DNA of 64,000 nt from Octopus sinensis (GCF_006345805.1 NC_042997.1:181846001-181910000), one strand, 5' to 3'; shown: positions 26,360 to 40,285, counted from the stretch's first letter. The notes: generated by a model not told the origin, from the letters alone. Numbers and translations: made by a program.

Positions 26360-27410
26360 TTACAATGCGTAGCACTCCTTCACAGTATTGATGGTGAAAC
26401 TCTTGGTACTGTGATTCGAAAACTTTCGGATATGAAAGCATATGGAAGGGACTAGATTATTGGATATTAATACAAGAATATGAGCTTTTATCGATGTTGT
26501 CTGAAAGGCCTTTACCAGCAAGCTCCCAATGCAGACAAACATACCAAGCTAATTAGCCCTGGAAGAGACAAAACTGATACTAATGACATTCCCACGGCGA
26601 AAAACTATTCGCCCACAGGAAGCTAGAAACACCAACCAAAAGCATTGCTTCTGGGTGGATGGTCAGAAAATATATACCAAGTATTGATTCTATGAAAGAA
26701 AGCCTTGTCCTAGTTACGACATTATAAGAAGATAATAGGGTTTGGCCTGGGTAAGTATTCTTAAATGGGAGTAAAATTAGGGTGAACTGCAAGTCCATCC
26801 CCAATATCTGACGAGGAATGCTACAGGTACTTAATGGATGAAAATATTTCGGATAATGAAGTCTGTAAGAAGGGGTGTGTAACTACGGAATATAACACAG
26901 TAATAAAGAAACTATGACCTTTGGAACTTTACTCGTGAAATAAATCGATAGCCAAAAATGTGTTTGGATTTCCAGTACTCATACCAACGTTTGGGCTACT
27001 TGGCTTGATGATAGATGAGGTCCAAGCTATTGATGTTAAGACCACAAAATTGTTAACCCACGCCAGGAATTTTCACAACAGTAATGTTGACTGCATTCAC
27101 TGAAAACAAAGACGGTAAAAGTTTAATATCAGTCCAAATAGCTTTTGAATGTCGCATCATATCCCTGTGACATCTACAAACCATCAAATGTCAAAGTCCT
27201 GCCATCGATCGTGTTTGCATATGCGAAGTCGATAACAACGTGTGAGTTAGAAAAATAATTTTCAGGTAGTACTTTCTAAGCATATGGACAAATAGAATTT
27301 GCGCAGTTCTTCCGCAGTAAGTCATCAGAAGAGATATTGTATATACATACCATATACCATGCATAGCTATATTTCCAAGCGACTTAAAATTTACAACATT
27401 GACTACAAGT
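26360..27410 (+). mobile_element. Decayed RT/thumb region of the RLE-type LINE family
   Basis: Fragments YRYL.DENI, NVFGFPVLIPTFG, IDVKTTKLLT..NFH.SNVD; same family as 48655-49670. Confidence 0.6.
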
Positions 27411-27551
27411 GTACATATTTCGCCCGTCTTTACGTTCTGATGTCAAATTCCGCATAGGTCGAGCTGGCTTTTCATCCTTTCGGGGTCGATAAAATAAGTA
27501 CCATATGAGAACTGGGGTCGATATAATTAACCTTGAGCCACAGGCAGAACA

Positions 27552-28010
27552 TGTGGTATCACTTTAGAGTGCGTGATTTATAATTCAAACATAATTGCAG
27601 AGTTTTTAGGGTAAATGGGGATTAAGAAGTAATGCATAGAGTCTCTCACAGCTGTTTCTAGAATAGCTATGAATATGGTGCATATGTTATTGAGTAAATT
27701 CATAATCAGCCCCACACTCTCTTCGATGATGGAACTGCTAATACTTGTTATCTTTTACTAAGGATATTCCTTGATTTTTCGACGATGGTAAGTACTAGTA
27801 TCCTTTAAGGATATTCCCTAATTCTTCCTCTCTGAAAACTATATAATTTGCGTATATGGAGATCTTTACTCATTGGCCTATGCACCATATGCACAGCTAT
27901 TCTAGAAACAGTTGTAAGAGACTCTATGCATGACTTCTTAATCCCTTATTTACTCTAACAACTCTGCAATTACTTTGAAACTACTAATTACACACTGGAA
28001 AGTGATATCA
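27552..28010. mobile_element. Foldback/MITE with ~130-bp imperfect TIRs
   Basis: 27552-27683 is the reverse complement of 27880-28010 (e.g. gcatagagtctctcacagctgtttctagaatagct). Confidence 0.7.
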
Positions 28011-28056
28011 CGTTTTGCATCTTCATTCTTTCTTTCCAATATATATATATATATAT

Positions 28057-28640
28057 AATTAAGGGCTCCTAAATTAGGATGCCGAGTGCTGGGAACACAA
28101 AAGGGAGATGAATTTATCGAGAGTGAAAATCAAAAACGTTTACCGATAACTTTACATCTCGGACTGATCAGTTTCTGCCTCTTTCTAGCAAAACACAGAA
28201 TATGTTTGCTAAGGCTGGCTTCATCAACGAGTCGCCTAAGTTGAATCGAGGTCTGCAGCGATGTGAGACCATGTGTTGATCTCGACTACTAGCAGATCTT
28301 AACTTTTCAAAACTCTGCGCAGACGCAAAACCTACACGGCAGTATAGAGCATGCCGGGAAGAATTTTACGAATAAATCCATCAAGCCTTAGCAAACATAT
28401 TCTGCGTTTTGCTAGAAAGAGGCAGAAACTGATCAGTCCGAGATGTAAAGTTATCGGTAAACGTTTTGATTTTCACTCTCGATAAATTCATCTCCCTTTT
28501 GTGTTCCCAGCACTCGGCATCCTAATTTAGGAGCCCTTAATTGTATTACTACATGAATATATCTTTCTATGATAATATTTTGTCTTATGACTAATTCGTC
28601 TTTTGCTGGGCACCTGGTAGTAACCAATATGACTACCCTT
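28057..28640 (-). mobile_element. Non-coding Penelope-type element: ~160-bp near-perfect inverted repeat carrying a hammerhead, within (TA)n
   Basis: 28057-28216 vs 28384-28542 inverted; hammerhead on minus at 28158-28231. Confidence 0.65.
28158..28231 (-). ncRNA. Type I hammerhead ribozyme-like motif (U3:G8)
   Basis: cucg-UUGAUGA-agcc..hairpin..ggca-GAAA-cugaucag-UC-cgag. Confidence 0.6.
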
Positions 28641-28655
28641 CTTGTTTATATTCGC

Positions 28656-28726
<71 letters not shown>

Positions 28727-28829
28727 TAACAATTGAGGATAAAATCTTTAAAAGAATTATCAGTAGTTAGCGTGAAAAACCTCGTAAGAGAAAAATCCGT
28801 AAATTTTTCCACTTTGAAAATATTTATTT

Positions 28830-29034
28830 ATATTATATTGAGGGTACTACTATTCGTAGATACCATACGCTAAGAGGGACTAATGCGGTAACTAAATATT
28901 ATGTAACAATTATTTTTTTTAAATGATTTGCTTTGAAGTTTTGCATTCGGTAAAATTTTGTTTATTTTAGTAGTTTTGACCGCATTGGTCCTTCTTAGCG
29001 TATGGTATCTACGATATTAGTACCCTCAATATAA

Positions 29035-29040
<6 letters not shown>
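28830..29040. repeat. ~60-bp inverted repeat element in (TA)n
   Basis: tattgagggtact...ccatacgctaaga...gcgg vs ccgc...tcttagcgtatgg...agtaccctcaata. Confidence 0.75.
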
Positions 29041-29097
<57 letters not shown>

Positions 29098-29123
29098 TAT
29101 AGTGAGTGAGAGAGAGGGAGAGG

Positions 29124-29430
29124 AGGAGACCATGGTGCCTAGTGGTTAGAGCAGTGGACTCACGGTCGAAGGACCACGGGTTCGAATCTCGACCGGGTGA
29201 TGTGTGTGTTTATGAACGAAACACCTGAGCTCACACGGCTCCGGTAGAATGTAATGGCGAACTTCCGCTAACTCTTTCGCCATGACTTCCTCTTGCTCTT
29301 TCCTCCTGCATCTAGCATCTTACCTGTGACGGACCAGCGTCCCGTCCAGGTGGGGAACCTATACGCCAAATGAAACCGGGAAACCGGCCCTTATGAGCCA
29401 GGCGTGGCTCGAGAAGGAACAAACAGCAAC
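29124..29430 (+). mobile_element. SINE family C
   Basis: tRNA-like head (tagtggttag...gggttcgaatctc); body shared with 43507, tail shared with 6328. Confidence 0.8.
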
Positions 29431-29438
29431 AAGAATAC

Positions 29439-29518
<80 letters not shown>

Positions 29519-29523
29519 GTCTG

Positions 29524-29627
<104 letters not shown>

Positions 29628-30594
29628 TAAGTGTACAACCATGTATATTGGTTTCAAATTTTAATTTATATCTACCCACCTAGTGATGAACCACTTATTG
29701 CCATTCATTGCTAAGCAGCTTTTTTTCCTTTGTTTGCAGTTGCAGTTTAAGTCGGTGTTTTAGTTGTAAGCCAACCTGAGCACGTATCGTACACTTCTCT
29801 TACATTACTTTATACGTATATCTATTTACAAACACGTGTGTGTGAGAGAAAACGAAAAAAAAAATTCGTGAGCTAGTTTCTGTTCTCGACTCTCTCTCTC
29901 TTCTTTTTGTCATGTGACTGCGCGTGTGTGCATGTGTGTGTGCATGTGTGTGTAAGTTTGCGTCTCTTCCAGACAGGGTGTAATTTGAGTGGTATTTGTT
30001 TGCTATTTGCAATCAGTCAGTGAGTGGCAATAGCATAGAAGGCCACCCTGTCGTCCTGTTGTTACCAATAGTGTTATTAACTGTATTCGTCTTTGTGAAG
30101 CTAACGCAAAGTAATATGTTTGACTGGGCTTACAAACATACGTCTGATATCTCAAGTGTTTATGATTTGACTCTGACCATCAGTAAGTATTTATCTCTGC
30201 TGATAGCTCTAGTAATCTGTCGGCCAAGTGTAACTGACAATATCTTCCTTAAGCTACAGCGCTTAATCACTGGCTTATAATCGATATTTAGCTGCTGTTA
30301 TTTGTTGCCATTTATTTTTCTTACCGATTGACCTACCTACCATATAAACGGAAATACATACATACATATATATATATGAACCTGTATTACGAATTTAACA
30401 TTCGTGCGTATATCACCGGTTGTCAACTAGCGTCTGAAGAAGACTATAAAGTAAACAAATAAATACATACATACATACACATTTATATATATATAATAGG
30501 GAATTGAAAAAGACTTTAACGTTTCGAGCCTACGCTTTCCACAGAAAGGAACAAGGAGAGAAAAAATGTGTGTAGTAGCTATCATGGGGAATAT

Positions 30595-30652
<58 letters not shown>

Positions 30653-30784
30653 ATATTAAGGAATGGCCTTAATAGGCCATTCAACTCACTAAAACGAGCA
30701 GCTAAACTCAAACCACTAAATAGTAGTAATTCAGAAATCAAAGGAAAATTAAAAACATTTACTCTAATCATCTTTACCCTAATC

Positions 30785-30817
<33 letters not shown>

Positions 30818-30821
<4 letters not shown>

Positions 30822-31729
30822 GTCATCCCATAAATAATGCGGTCTTTGTTGTACTTCTTTTATTTTTTAAAATTAAGATAAACAAAGTTCTTTTATAATC
30901 TAAAATATACACTCCTTCGTTTTCTACAATGCTTTTCCATCTATCTGGTAGACTTGTAAGGCCCCCCTCTTCCAAAATTTAGTTGTCCGTGACGGAAAAT
31001 ACTCCTACTGTACTGTTCTGACCTTATCTACAGAATTCTTATTTTTTCCGTCCAAATGATTTTGAAGACTGCAAAATAAATGATACTCAGATGGGGCAAT
31101 GTCTAGCGAATATGGTCGGTAGGATGTTGTTTCCCATTCTAACTGCTCCAGCCATTGGAATGTCATCCTTGCTGTATGCGGCCGGGCATTATCTTGATGG
31201 AAGAACACCTTTCGTCTTGAAACCAAAGATGGTCGTTTTTCTTTTAGCACTGACTTGAATGACTGGTTGAATGACCAAAATCCAAGCTTCTCTGTTAGTT
31301 CCTCAACAGTTACGATGGGCTTTTGTTCCATCAGAATTTGTTGGACGTCCTCACCGAGCTCTACAGATCTTTCAGGACGAGACTCGTCTTCTTGGCTGTA
31401 GTTTCCGGCTCGAAATTTCTGGAACCACCGTTAACACTGGCTTACGCTTATTGTCCGATCCCTATATACTGCATTTATATTCCTCGCACTTTCCGTTCCG
31501 TTGTTGCCTTTATTGAACTCATAAAGTAAAATATGCCGAATATGCTCCTTTGAAAAAACAACTTCTAAAATAGAACTGCTCTTCAAAACTTGCACTAAGA
31601 ATAAGTACAAGGTAAAATTACTACCTGCTTCTGCTTTTATAACAAGTAGATGTAGGTAGTTTATCCCGTCACCCTCCGATTTTTAGTTCATGCAATTGAA
31701 AAAACCGCATTATTTATGGGATGACCTAA
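30818..31729 (-). mobile_element. Internally deleted mariner transposon
   Basis: TIRs ttgggtcatcccataaataatgcgg / ccgcattatttatgggatgacctaa with TA flanks; transposase remnant FHQDNARPH..PYSLDIAPSEYHLF. Confidence 0.92.
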
Positions 31730-31804
31730 TATATCATTATATACACACACAACACACAATATATATATATATATCATATATATATCTATATATATATATA
31801 TATA

Positions 31805-32480
31805 TACCAATTAAGGACTGAACACGAAAAGTGGACAGTCAACATGCCAGCAGTTTGACTGTCCACTTTTCGTGTTCAGTCCTTAATTGGTATATATAAA
31901 TTTTTAATCTTCGGATTCTTTTTTATATGCTAGACCACTGGTTTTAATTGATAAATATCATTTCTACCCTTAATTAATTTTATATAAATAAATATGTTCT
32001 CTAACCGATAAAATGACTGCTGCTAATTATTAGCTGCAGGCTGGTTTTCTCGGGTCTCAACGCGCCAAAGTAAGGCATTTGAAATATACATTCGAATGTA
32101 ATAGGTTGAACTCCATGCACGCGATACTCCGGTATCGTTTTTGCATCTAGTCCAGCAAATTGCATTTATACGGGCCCATGCTGATAAATGCTACAGTTAT
32201 CCTTGCGGATAATAATAGCCGAAACTGATCATACATGGGTAATTATTTTATTTCGTATATTTTCACTGTTTATTGCTTTGGTTTTGTGCTGAGTTTGATT
32301 TGAGAACATAATCTTTTGTGGAGAATGGCGATTTGACGTCTATATCTAGCATGTTGACTGTCCACTTTTCGTGTTCAATCCTTAATTGGTATATATAAAT
32401 ATTTTAATCTTCGGATTCTTTTTTAATATGCTAGACCACTGGTTTTAATTGATAAATATCAATTTCTACTCTTAATTAAT

Positions 32481-32482
<2 letters not shown>
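31805..32482 (+). mobile_element. Non-coding Penelope-type element: terminal hairpin + ~125-bp direct repeats + internal hammerhead
   Basis: Hairpin at 31805-31892; direct repeats 31857-31985 and 32355-32482; hammerhead-like motif at 32174-32240; (TA)n flanks. Confidence 0.65.
32174..32240 (+). ncRNA. Degenerate type I hammerhead
   Basis: gcccaug-CUGAUAA-augcua..uagcc-GAAA-cugauca-UA-caugggu; G8 is replaced by A. Confidence 0.45.
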
Positions 32483-32521
<39 letters not shown>

Positions 32522-32554
32522 ATGTGTATATATAAATATATATATATATATATT

Positions 32555-33060
32555 TCCTCTTTTTCTCTCTCTTCTCCCCCTCCTTAATTCCTTTGTTCCT
32601 ATTTTCTCTCTCTTCTCTTCTCACTTCTCACCGTTGGCCGACTGCTAGCCCTTTTGCATTTGACGACGGTCACTGTCACATCGATAATTTTCTTCTGCCG
32701 TAAGGCTTAATTCCCAACACGCAAGCTGGATTCAGTTCGTCTCCAGTCGAAAGATGCCTGTTGTTATGTCCTGTTATTATTATTATTATTATTGTTTTTT
32801 TGTATAATTTTTGTATTTATATTCGTGTAACCTCGTCCATTTTTCCGTCTTTGTTTCGAAGCTTTTTTCCAAGGAATCTAATGCTCTTAGCTTAGTTTTT
32901 TCCTTGGGGCTGGCCAGATTGGAGCAATCTCAAGATTAATCAGCCGAAATTGCGAGGATGATCCGTTTCTTGACTGAAGATTAAAGGCTTCGAATGACCC
33001 GTCCGTTTTTTCTTGTATCGTCTATCTGGATGTTTTGCGTTCTTGTCCCATTTTGTATTT
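32555..33060 (+). repeat. Unclassified interspersed repeat that ends in (TA)n
   Basis: Terminal segment gatgttttgcgttcttgtcccattttgta recurs at 5390, 34345 (-) and 51893-52005. Confidence 0.7.
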
Positions 33061-33225
33061 ATATATATCAAGTAAAAAATACATATACATATATATGCAA
33101 TCATATATATATTATATGCATACATACGTGTGTGTTTATAAATACACAAATACCCATACATATAAATATCTACATATATATAAATATTTATATATACTTA
33201 TAAATACGCATGCAAACTTACATGA

Positions 33226-33475
33226 GAATGTGCGTGGCTTAGTGGTTAGGGATGTTGGACTCATGATCGTAAGATTGTGGTTTCGATTCCTGGACCGCAC
33301 AACCCGTTGTGTTCTTGAACTAAGCGCTTTCTTTTCACGTTTCTCTAGTCTACTCAGCTGACAAAAATAAGTAGTTATGCGACGGACTGGCGTTCCGTCC
33401 TGGTAGGAAAATTATACGCCATGGAAACGGGGAAACCAGCCCTTATGAGTCAGCATGACTTGAGAAAGGAACTTT
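33226..33475 (+). mobile_element. SINE family C
   Basis: Homologous to 6328-6575. Confidence 0.85.
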
Positions 33476-34190
33476 AAATTTTTTAAAATCTTAATATAAA
33501 TTTGAGTGATGTTTGTCCGTTACGTTTTTATGTTCGTTAACTCCTTCTAGACCGTTGGCGTAAGGACAACGAAACTCAAACCAGCAACTCCCCTAATTCC
33601 GGGGAATGTCCTAATGGGGGTCTATTGTTTAAGGGCTCCCTAATTTGGGCCTCACATTTTTACTGTATTTTAAACTAACCAAATCGGAGAAATGATAATG
33701 AATTTCATTCCATGAACTCCCAGGGAGTATTGTAAGAGGTCCAATTGTTAAAGGTCGCTTGAAAGGGGCCCCACTGCCCCCCCCCCACACACTATTTTTA
33801 CTCCATTTACTACATTCCTACACTTATTTGTTAAACTATGATCAGCATCAGTAAAGGTGAGGCCTTTACGTGGTCGCTGAACCTGAGAGAAAATAGTATC
33901 ACGAATACACTCCAGAGATTGTACTTCACTGTCTTAATAGGAAAAAGAAAGATATATTGAAGAATACAATAAACCTAAATATACTGAATCGGAAAAATTC
34001 AGGTTGGATGCTTATTGCTTGAATGCCTTTCCTTATAAGTCTGACTGAGCATGTCTGGCCTGTAGCTAAATAACAAGATCAACGCAGGAGACCTTTGGAT
34101 TAGCCTGTGGCTAATGATTCGAAATTTTACTAAAAATAATCATAGAAGGCTATGTTAAAACTCAATGCATGAGAAAGGGAAGGGAGAGAC

Positions 34191-34274
<84 letters not shown>

Positions 34275-34628
34275 TATATACACACCACCACACACACATA
34301 TATATATATATAATATATATATATATATATCTATATATATATACACAAAATGAGACAAGAACGCAAAGCATCCAGAAGACGATGCAAAAAACACGGTCAA
34401 TTTTATACCGTAAACTTGTTTCATTCAGACGAGATATTGATTTGAAGTAACAAGAGATTAATTTGAAAAATGAAGATTAAAAACTGATAAAAAGAGATGC
34501 TTAGACTTCTCAAAAGATAAACGATATGAAAATGTTCAGTTTCAGCTTTTAAGTGAGAAGATATATCGCACAGTCAGCATCTGCCCTAGCGTGTCATCGA
34601 GCGATTAGGTTCCTCTTTGCGCGCGCGC

Positions 34629-34685
<57 letters not shown>

Positions 34686-35929
34686 AAAAACAGTCTGCAA
34701 TCCTTGTTAACCGGTTGAAGGATTGTCTGAGTGGTAATAGAAAAACCACTACTGCTATAGAATTTTTCTGCAATTTTCGCGTACTTAAACACAATCTAAT
34801 CTTAATTAAATTGATGAAACATTTTAATTAATTAAAACTTTAAAATTAATTAACTTAGTGGAGACTGCTATAAACAACATCCCCCACAGAACCTGCTGCA
34901 AGTCCATCGAAGGAAAACAAGAAGGAAAAAGCAACACGTATAGTTGGAATGGTTCCCTATCTGGCAGGGGTGAATAATCTCTCTGAAAACGAAATCGAAA
35001 CTAAAAGTGTTAATTAGATAGAAAACAAAATGTTGTCGCAGAACCTGCTGTTTTTGCAGCTTAATTATAAGTTCATGCTGAACATATAATCTTTAATGAG
35101 TTATCAATTGTTTAATAGTTTTTTTTTAATTGCTTAGCCAGAAAAGGAAGTGCAAACACCATGAGTATGTTCGGGACCTCGATGTCTCATGGAAGAAAAA
35201 GAGGAAGTTGTTTTCAGATTGGAGATCTAGCCTGGTGCTTGCCGATAGGTACCCAAGGCTCAGGTTTTGGTGATAAACAATAAACAGGGTAACCAATTAA
35301 CTCTACCTCCCAACTGTTTAAGGAGGAAGCTTTCATGGTTAGAGTTATACGTATCGCATGAAACAAGAATTACAGAATCAATACATAAGCTGGATAGTAT
35401 AAATACGCACAACTTTAATGAATTTGAAAATGTGATGGAAAAATGTTATTTCCTAGAGATTGATTCTTTCCTTGTTGCGAAACATTTTTGAAAACGGCAG
35501 AAGATCAATATACATATCGTCAAATATATAAATATCTAACGATTGTTTTTCTTTAGATTCGGCTCATAAACTGAGCATTTGTATCTCGTCCAAAAGGAGT
35601 TGTTCGGTGATATTTCGCAATGCTTCTATTTTCTTCATAGTAAATAGTATGAAATTATTGTGATAGTCCTACAAATAGTTCATTAAAGATATCTTCTTTT
35701 ATCTTTTACTTGCTTCAGTCATTGGAGTTCGACCATGTTGGGCACCGCCTTGGAAGATTTAGTCAAACAAATCGACAGAGAAACAAGATTATTTTAACAG
35801 CTAATAATTTGCGTGAAAATTCATTCAGACAAGCAAACTGTGAAAGTTCTACATCGTGGCATCCGAACGATAAGATGTATTTGTTTCTTCAGATTTTAGC
35901 AATTCAGTGCTTTAGACTCTAGAAGGATT

Positions 35930-36780
35930 ATTGGATTCGGGTGTGATAATACTACTGTATGTTTTAATAACAGGTTTGGTGATTTGATACTTTGAACTTT
36001 ATGGTTTTGAGATTGAATCTCAAATAAGTGTTTCAAATAAGAGGTGTGATAAGCTTGGGGCATATCAGCTCAGACTTTGTTTTCAATTTTGTATTCCATG
36101 TGTGGTGTTATATTACACCAAGCAATAAATATTTTGTTACAGAAAACAAATACATGCTTCCAGGTAAATTCTGAACATTGATTTGAAATTAGTCCTTCTG
36201 AAGATTCAGCTTGAGATATTGAAAGAGAAAGATAACCCATACCTGATTCAGATAGTTTCTCTTATCTGCTAAATCAAGCAGACTCGGTGCACTATTTGGA
36301 ATAAATAAAAGAGAGTTGTTAGTTATAGATTTTAAAAGCAAAATTTTCTTCAATCAAACAAAATATTTCCCTATTTTTTGCCAATGGTATATGAAGTTTT
36401 CATCCTTTTACCTACAAATGAAAAGCACTTTTCTTTCTACAATGATGTCATTGAGATTATGTAAGAGATTGGTCGCAAAGATGATTCCAAAGTGTGGGGG
36501 ATTTTCGTTTACAGCGTGATTTTAAAACTGTCTTATAGCACAATACAAATGAGAACCTATCAATACCTGTAACACATGAATCTGGGCTTAATAAGTGCTA
36601 TGAATCCGTAGAATTAGTGTTACGGCTCATAAATTACAAGGAGCATACATAAAACATTTGTGGCATCGACCTTAGTGCTTCTCAGTTTGATGTTGGGCTG
36701 TACAAATCATATGTACTTTTTGTATCAACTGAATAGCAGAGATGATAAGAACAAACACAATTGGTCATCTAGAATTAAAC
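35930..36780 (+). pseudogene. Decayed DNA-transposon transposase
   Basis: Ordered motifs GCDN..CF..FG, YLLNQAD, FYNDV..IG..WGIF, FKTVL*HNTN..SIPVTH..YE...INYKEH..ICG, LGCTN..FL..NSRD. They match a widespread invertebrate transposase pattern (SLKAVLLHNGN..PSIP..ICGDLK..GYTK.CCFLC.WDSRD); superfamily not assigned. Confidence 0.6.
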
Positions 36781-36895
36781 GTAGCATTACTTTAATAATG
36801 GCACAAAATTAATCACTTTATTGTCCAGGTGGACTAGAAAGATGGACATAATGTATATGCATGTATGTATGTATTTATTTATGTATGTACGTATG

Positions 36896-36927
<32 letters not shown>

Positions 36928-37833
36928 TGTATGTATGTATGTATGTATGCATGCATGTATGTATGTATGTATGTATGTATGTATGTATGTGTGTGTATGT
37001 GCGTGCGTGTGTTTTGTGTGTGTAAGCGTGTGTGTGTGTGTGTGCAACTAGGAATTCATACTTCCTAGATTCGAGTCTACGGCAAGTCTCGCCGTGTCCG
37101 TGTGATGTATATGTTACTTGACATCAACCGTGATGCATCTGTTAAAAGTAAATACTGAAAGTCTTGAGAAAAATTCTTCTCGATAAACCCTTTATGTGGA
37201 AACGTATTCCTTGTTCCTATAATGCGACCAAAAAGAAAAGCACAGTTAATTGCCGCGCAGTGACCCTGTAAGATTCAGAAAAGTACAAACTCAAGTATCG
37301 TGTGTCTTTTTCTGTTAATTGAGGAATGAAACACTTCATTATTATTGAACAAAATTCGAACTTTATAAATGGTAACTAGAATATAAACAAATCGGGCTTA
37401 TAAATAAACAAACGTGTATATATGCATATTTGTGCATTTAGTCAAATAAGCTTTCGAAAAAGAACTCAGTACAAGTTATAAAGTATATACTTATGTGTGT
37501 ATGTGTGTATGTAGCCTATTTCTTTTCTATATATAGCCTTCATATATAGTGGCATTTGCTGTCTTATCATTGTTACTATAGCAACTGTAAAACAAATTGT
37601 TGATCGACCAGTGCCTTTCACACAACAATGCATCCTTGTCTAATGGTACGAAAGTATTCGACCTTTAAATGCTAAAAGCTCAAGTGCCAAACCGCAGCCA
37701 CATAAACGCAGGGCATAGACACAAACACGCAGTCATATATACGTGTGTGTGTGAGAGAGAGAGGGTGAAAGAGAGAGTGAGTGTGTGTGTGTGTATATAT
37801 ACACACATATATATGCAGATATATATTCATATA

Positions 37834-37922
<89 letters not shown>

Positions 37923-38472
37923 TGTATGTATGTTATGTATGTATGTATATATAAAGGGGTTTGTATGATTGTGTATATATATTATTCAAAGAAGTTCCAA
38001 CTCTGTTTTTATGTTTTATCTATATTCTTTATAATATTAATGTAGAATATAGAATATATAGTATAAATATATATATATATATATATTATACACAATTTAT
38101 TTATGTGAATATTGAACCCCACTCGCGTTCTTGTATACCTTTTATACACAAACACATATATACACAAGCATATACATATACGTACGTGTGTCTGTGAGTA
38201 TGAATGTATGTATGTGTTATATACTAATAGGTGCGTCAGTATGTCTGTGTTGTGTTTATATGTTCGTGTGCTTGACACAAATAAATCGGATTAAAATCTA
38301 AAGACAAGTGTTTTGTGAAAAAACATAATTTTGTTACCTAATAAATTATCAACCCATAATATAAGCACGCGACTCTAATGATTGCTAGGGTTCATGTGAA
38401 ATTCCATGATCGTTGAACGTCGAGGTCCAGCTTTACCTGCAGGCCAATGGCTGAAACCAATCATAGAATGCA

Positions 38473-38514
<42 letters not shown>

Positions 38515-38862
38515 ACACACACACACACCACACGCGCGCGCACACACACGCACACACACACACACACACACAACACACACACACACACAGATAAACAGTA
38601 AAGCACATACGTACGTCTCTCCATCCATCTAGCTATCTTCTATGAATCTTTCACATACTGTCTTAGTACTTTGTATATATATATATATATACAGAGAGAG
38701 GTTTTGAGAGGTAATGGTGTCAATAAGACCCAAAGGTGTCAGGTAATGCTGTGTAAGTGCTATAGACAGACTATAGTTAAGCTCCAGCTGTAAGACCTTC
38801 TATTTATAATGTCCTAAAATCTTTCACAACCTTGGATTTTTATCTCATTCTGAAAATTTATA

Positions 38863-38920
<58 letters not shown>

Positions 38921-38923
<3 letters not shown>

Positions 38924-39616
38924 TGAATAAACTGCCGTCTAGTCTAAATTACGCAAAAATGAAAATAACACTAACATCTCATTTTAACAGATATATTTAC
39001 AAAAATTACATAAAATATCTTGAAATAATAAAGAGTAAATTTATTCAATAAAATTACCATTTGCTTCAACCACGGCATTCAGGCGTCTTAGGAATCTCCT
39101 GCAATTCTTCTGGACGGTCTCCTTGTTTAAGTTGGTGAATGCTGCCATAATCCTTGCCTTCAGTTCATCTTTGGTGTTATAAGTTTTGTTGGTCTCTCGC
39201 TCAACTGCAGCCCCACACATAATCGTGGGGATTGCAGTCTGGGGAGTTAGGTGGCCAGAGGAAGATGAATGGAAGCATAACTCACCATCACTAGTGATCA
39301 CTCCAAACACTATGATGTTGATTGGTTGTTTGATTTTTATCACTCTCGGTACATGTTTTGGGGACACAGCAAGCCAATGGTTGTTCTGTGTGTTGACCAT
39401 CTGTTCGTATTGAAGCTTCCGGCGCGAATGCCATGCAGTACAACATATCGTTTCCAAATTTCTGGCAGAGTGAATTGCGTCATGGTGCTGTTTTTCTCAC
39501 AGATGATGCCCAACTAACCATACTATTCTGTATAGTTGACAAAGTCAAAAACAAACAATACGCATGCGCGAAATAAACAATATAAAGTGGCGACAATTTA
39601 CCCATCGCACCCTCTG
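38921..39616 (-). mobile_element. Deleted Tc1/mariner-superfamily element (DD37D/maT-like)
   Basis: NTQNNHW, VFGVITSDG, C-terminus ..CRRFLRRLNAVVEANGNFIE; imperfect TIRs. Confidence 0.75.
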
Positions 39617-39656
39617 TGTGTGTGTATGTGTGTGTGTGTGTGGTGTGTGTGTGTGT

Positions 39657-39698
<42 letters not shown>

Positions 39699-40285
39699 GT
39701 CCCCTACCAACGTTTGACAGCAGGTGTTGATTTGTCTACGTCCCTGTAATTATTGATTCGGTAAAAGAGAGCGATAGAATAAGTACTTGACTTTAAAAAG
39801 TACAGGGGACGATTTGTTCGACTAAACTCTCCAAAACGGTGGCCCAGCATGGCCGCAGTCTAATGACTGATGCAGATAAAAGATAAACGAATGCGTATCA
39901 TTTATGGTTACATGGACACCAAGAAACATGACCTATGGATCTCATGGGATACACAAGACAGTCACAGTGTTAAAACGTTGTCTACGGCTGGATATAACGA
40001 AGTGCTCATGAATAAATTGATGTAAATTGACTTAGAACAGAAATCAAACCCGCGAGATATATTTCGTTAGCAGTCAGCTTATCGTTAATTTACAGCACTG
40101 GCATCTTGTCATATTGCTATGATATGACAAATATAAAAGAGGAAGATAAATATCACAAGAAACAAATGTAGGTTAAAGCAGAGTAATTTAATTTTGATTA
40201 ATATTCATTAAATACTGAATTAACACTGAAAATTGTTAACGACAGTTGATGGTAGCATAAGCATGTGTTTGTGTCTTATTGAACA

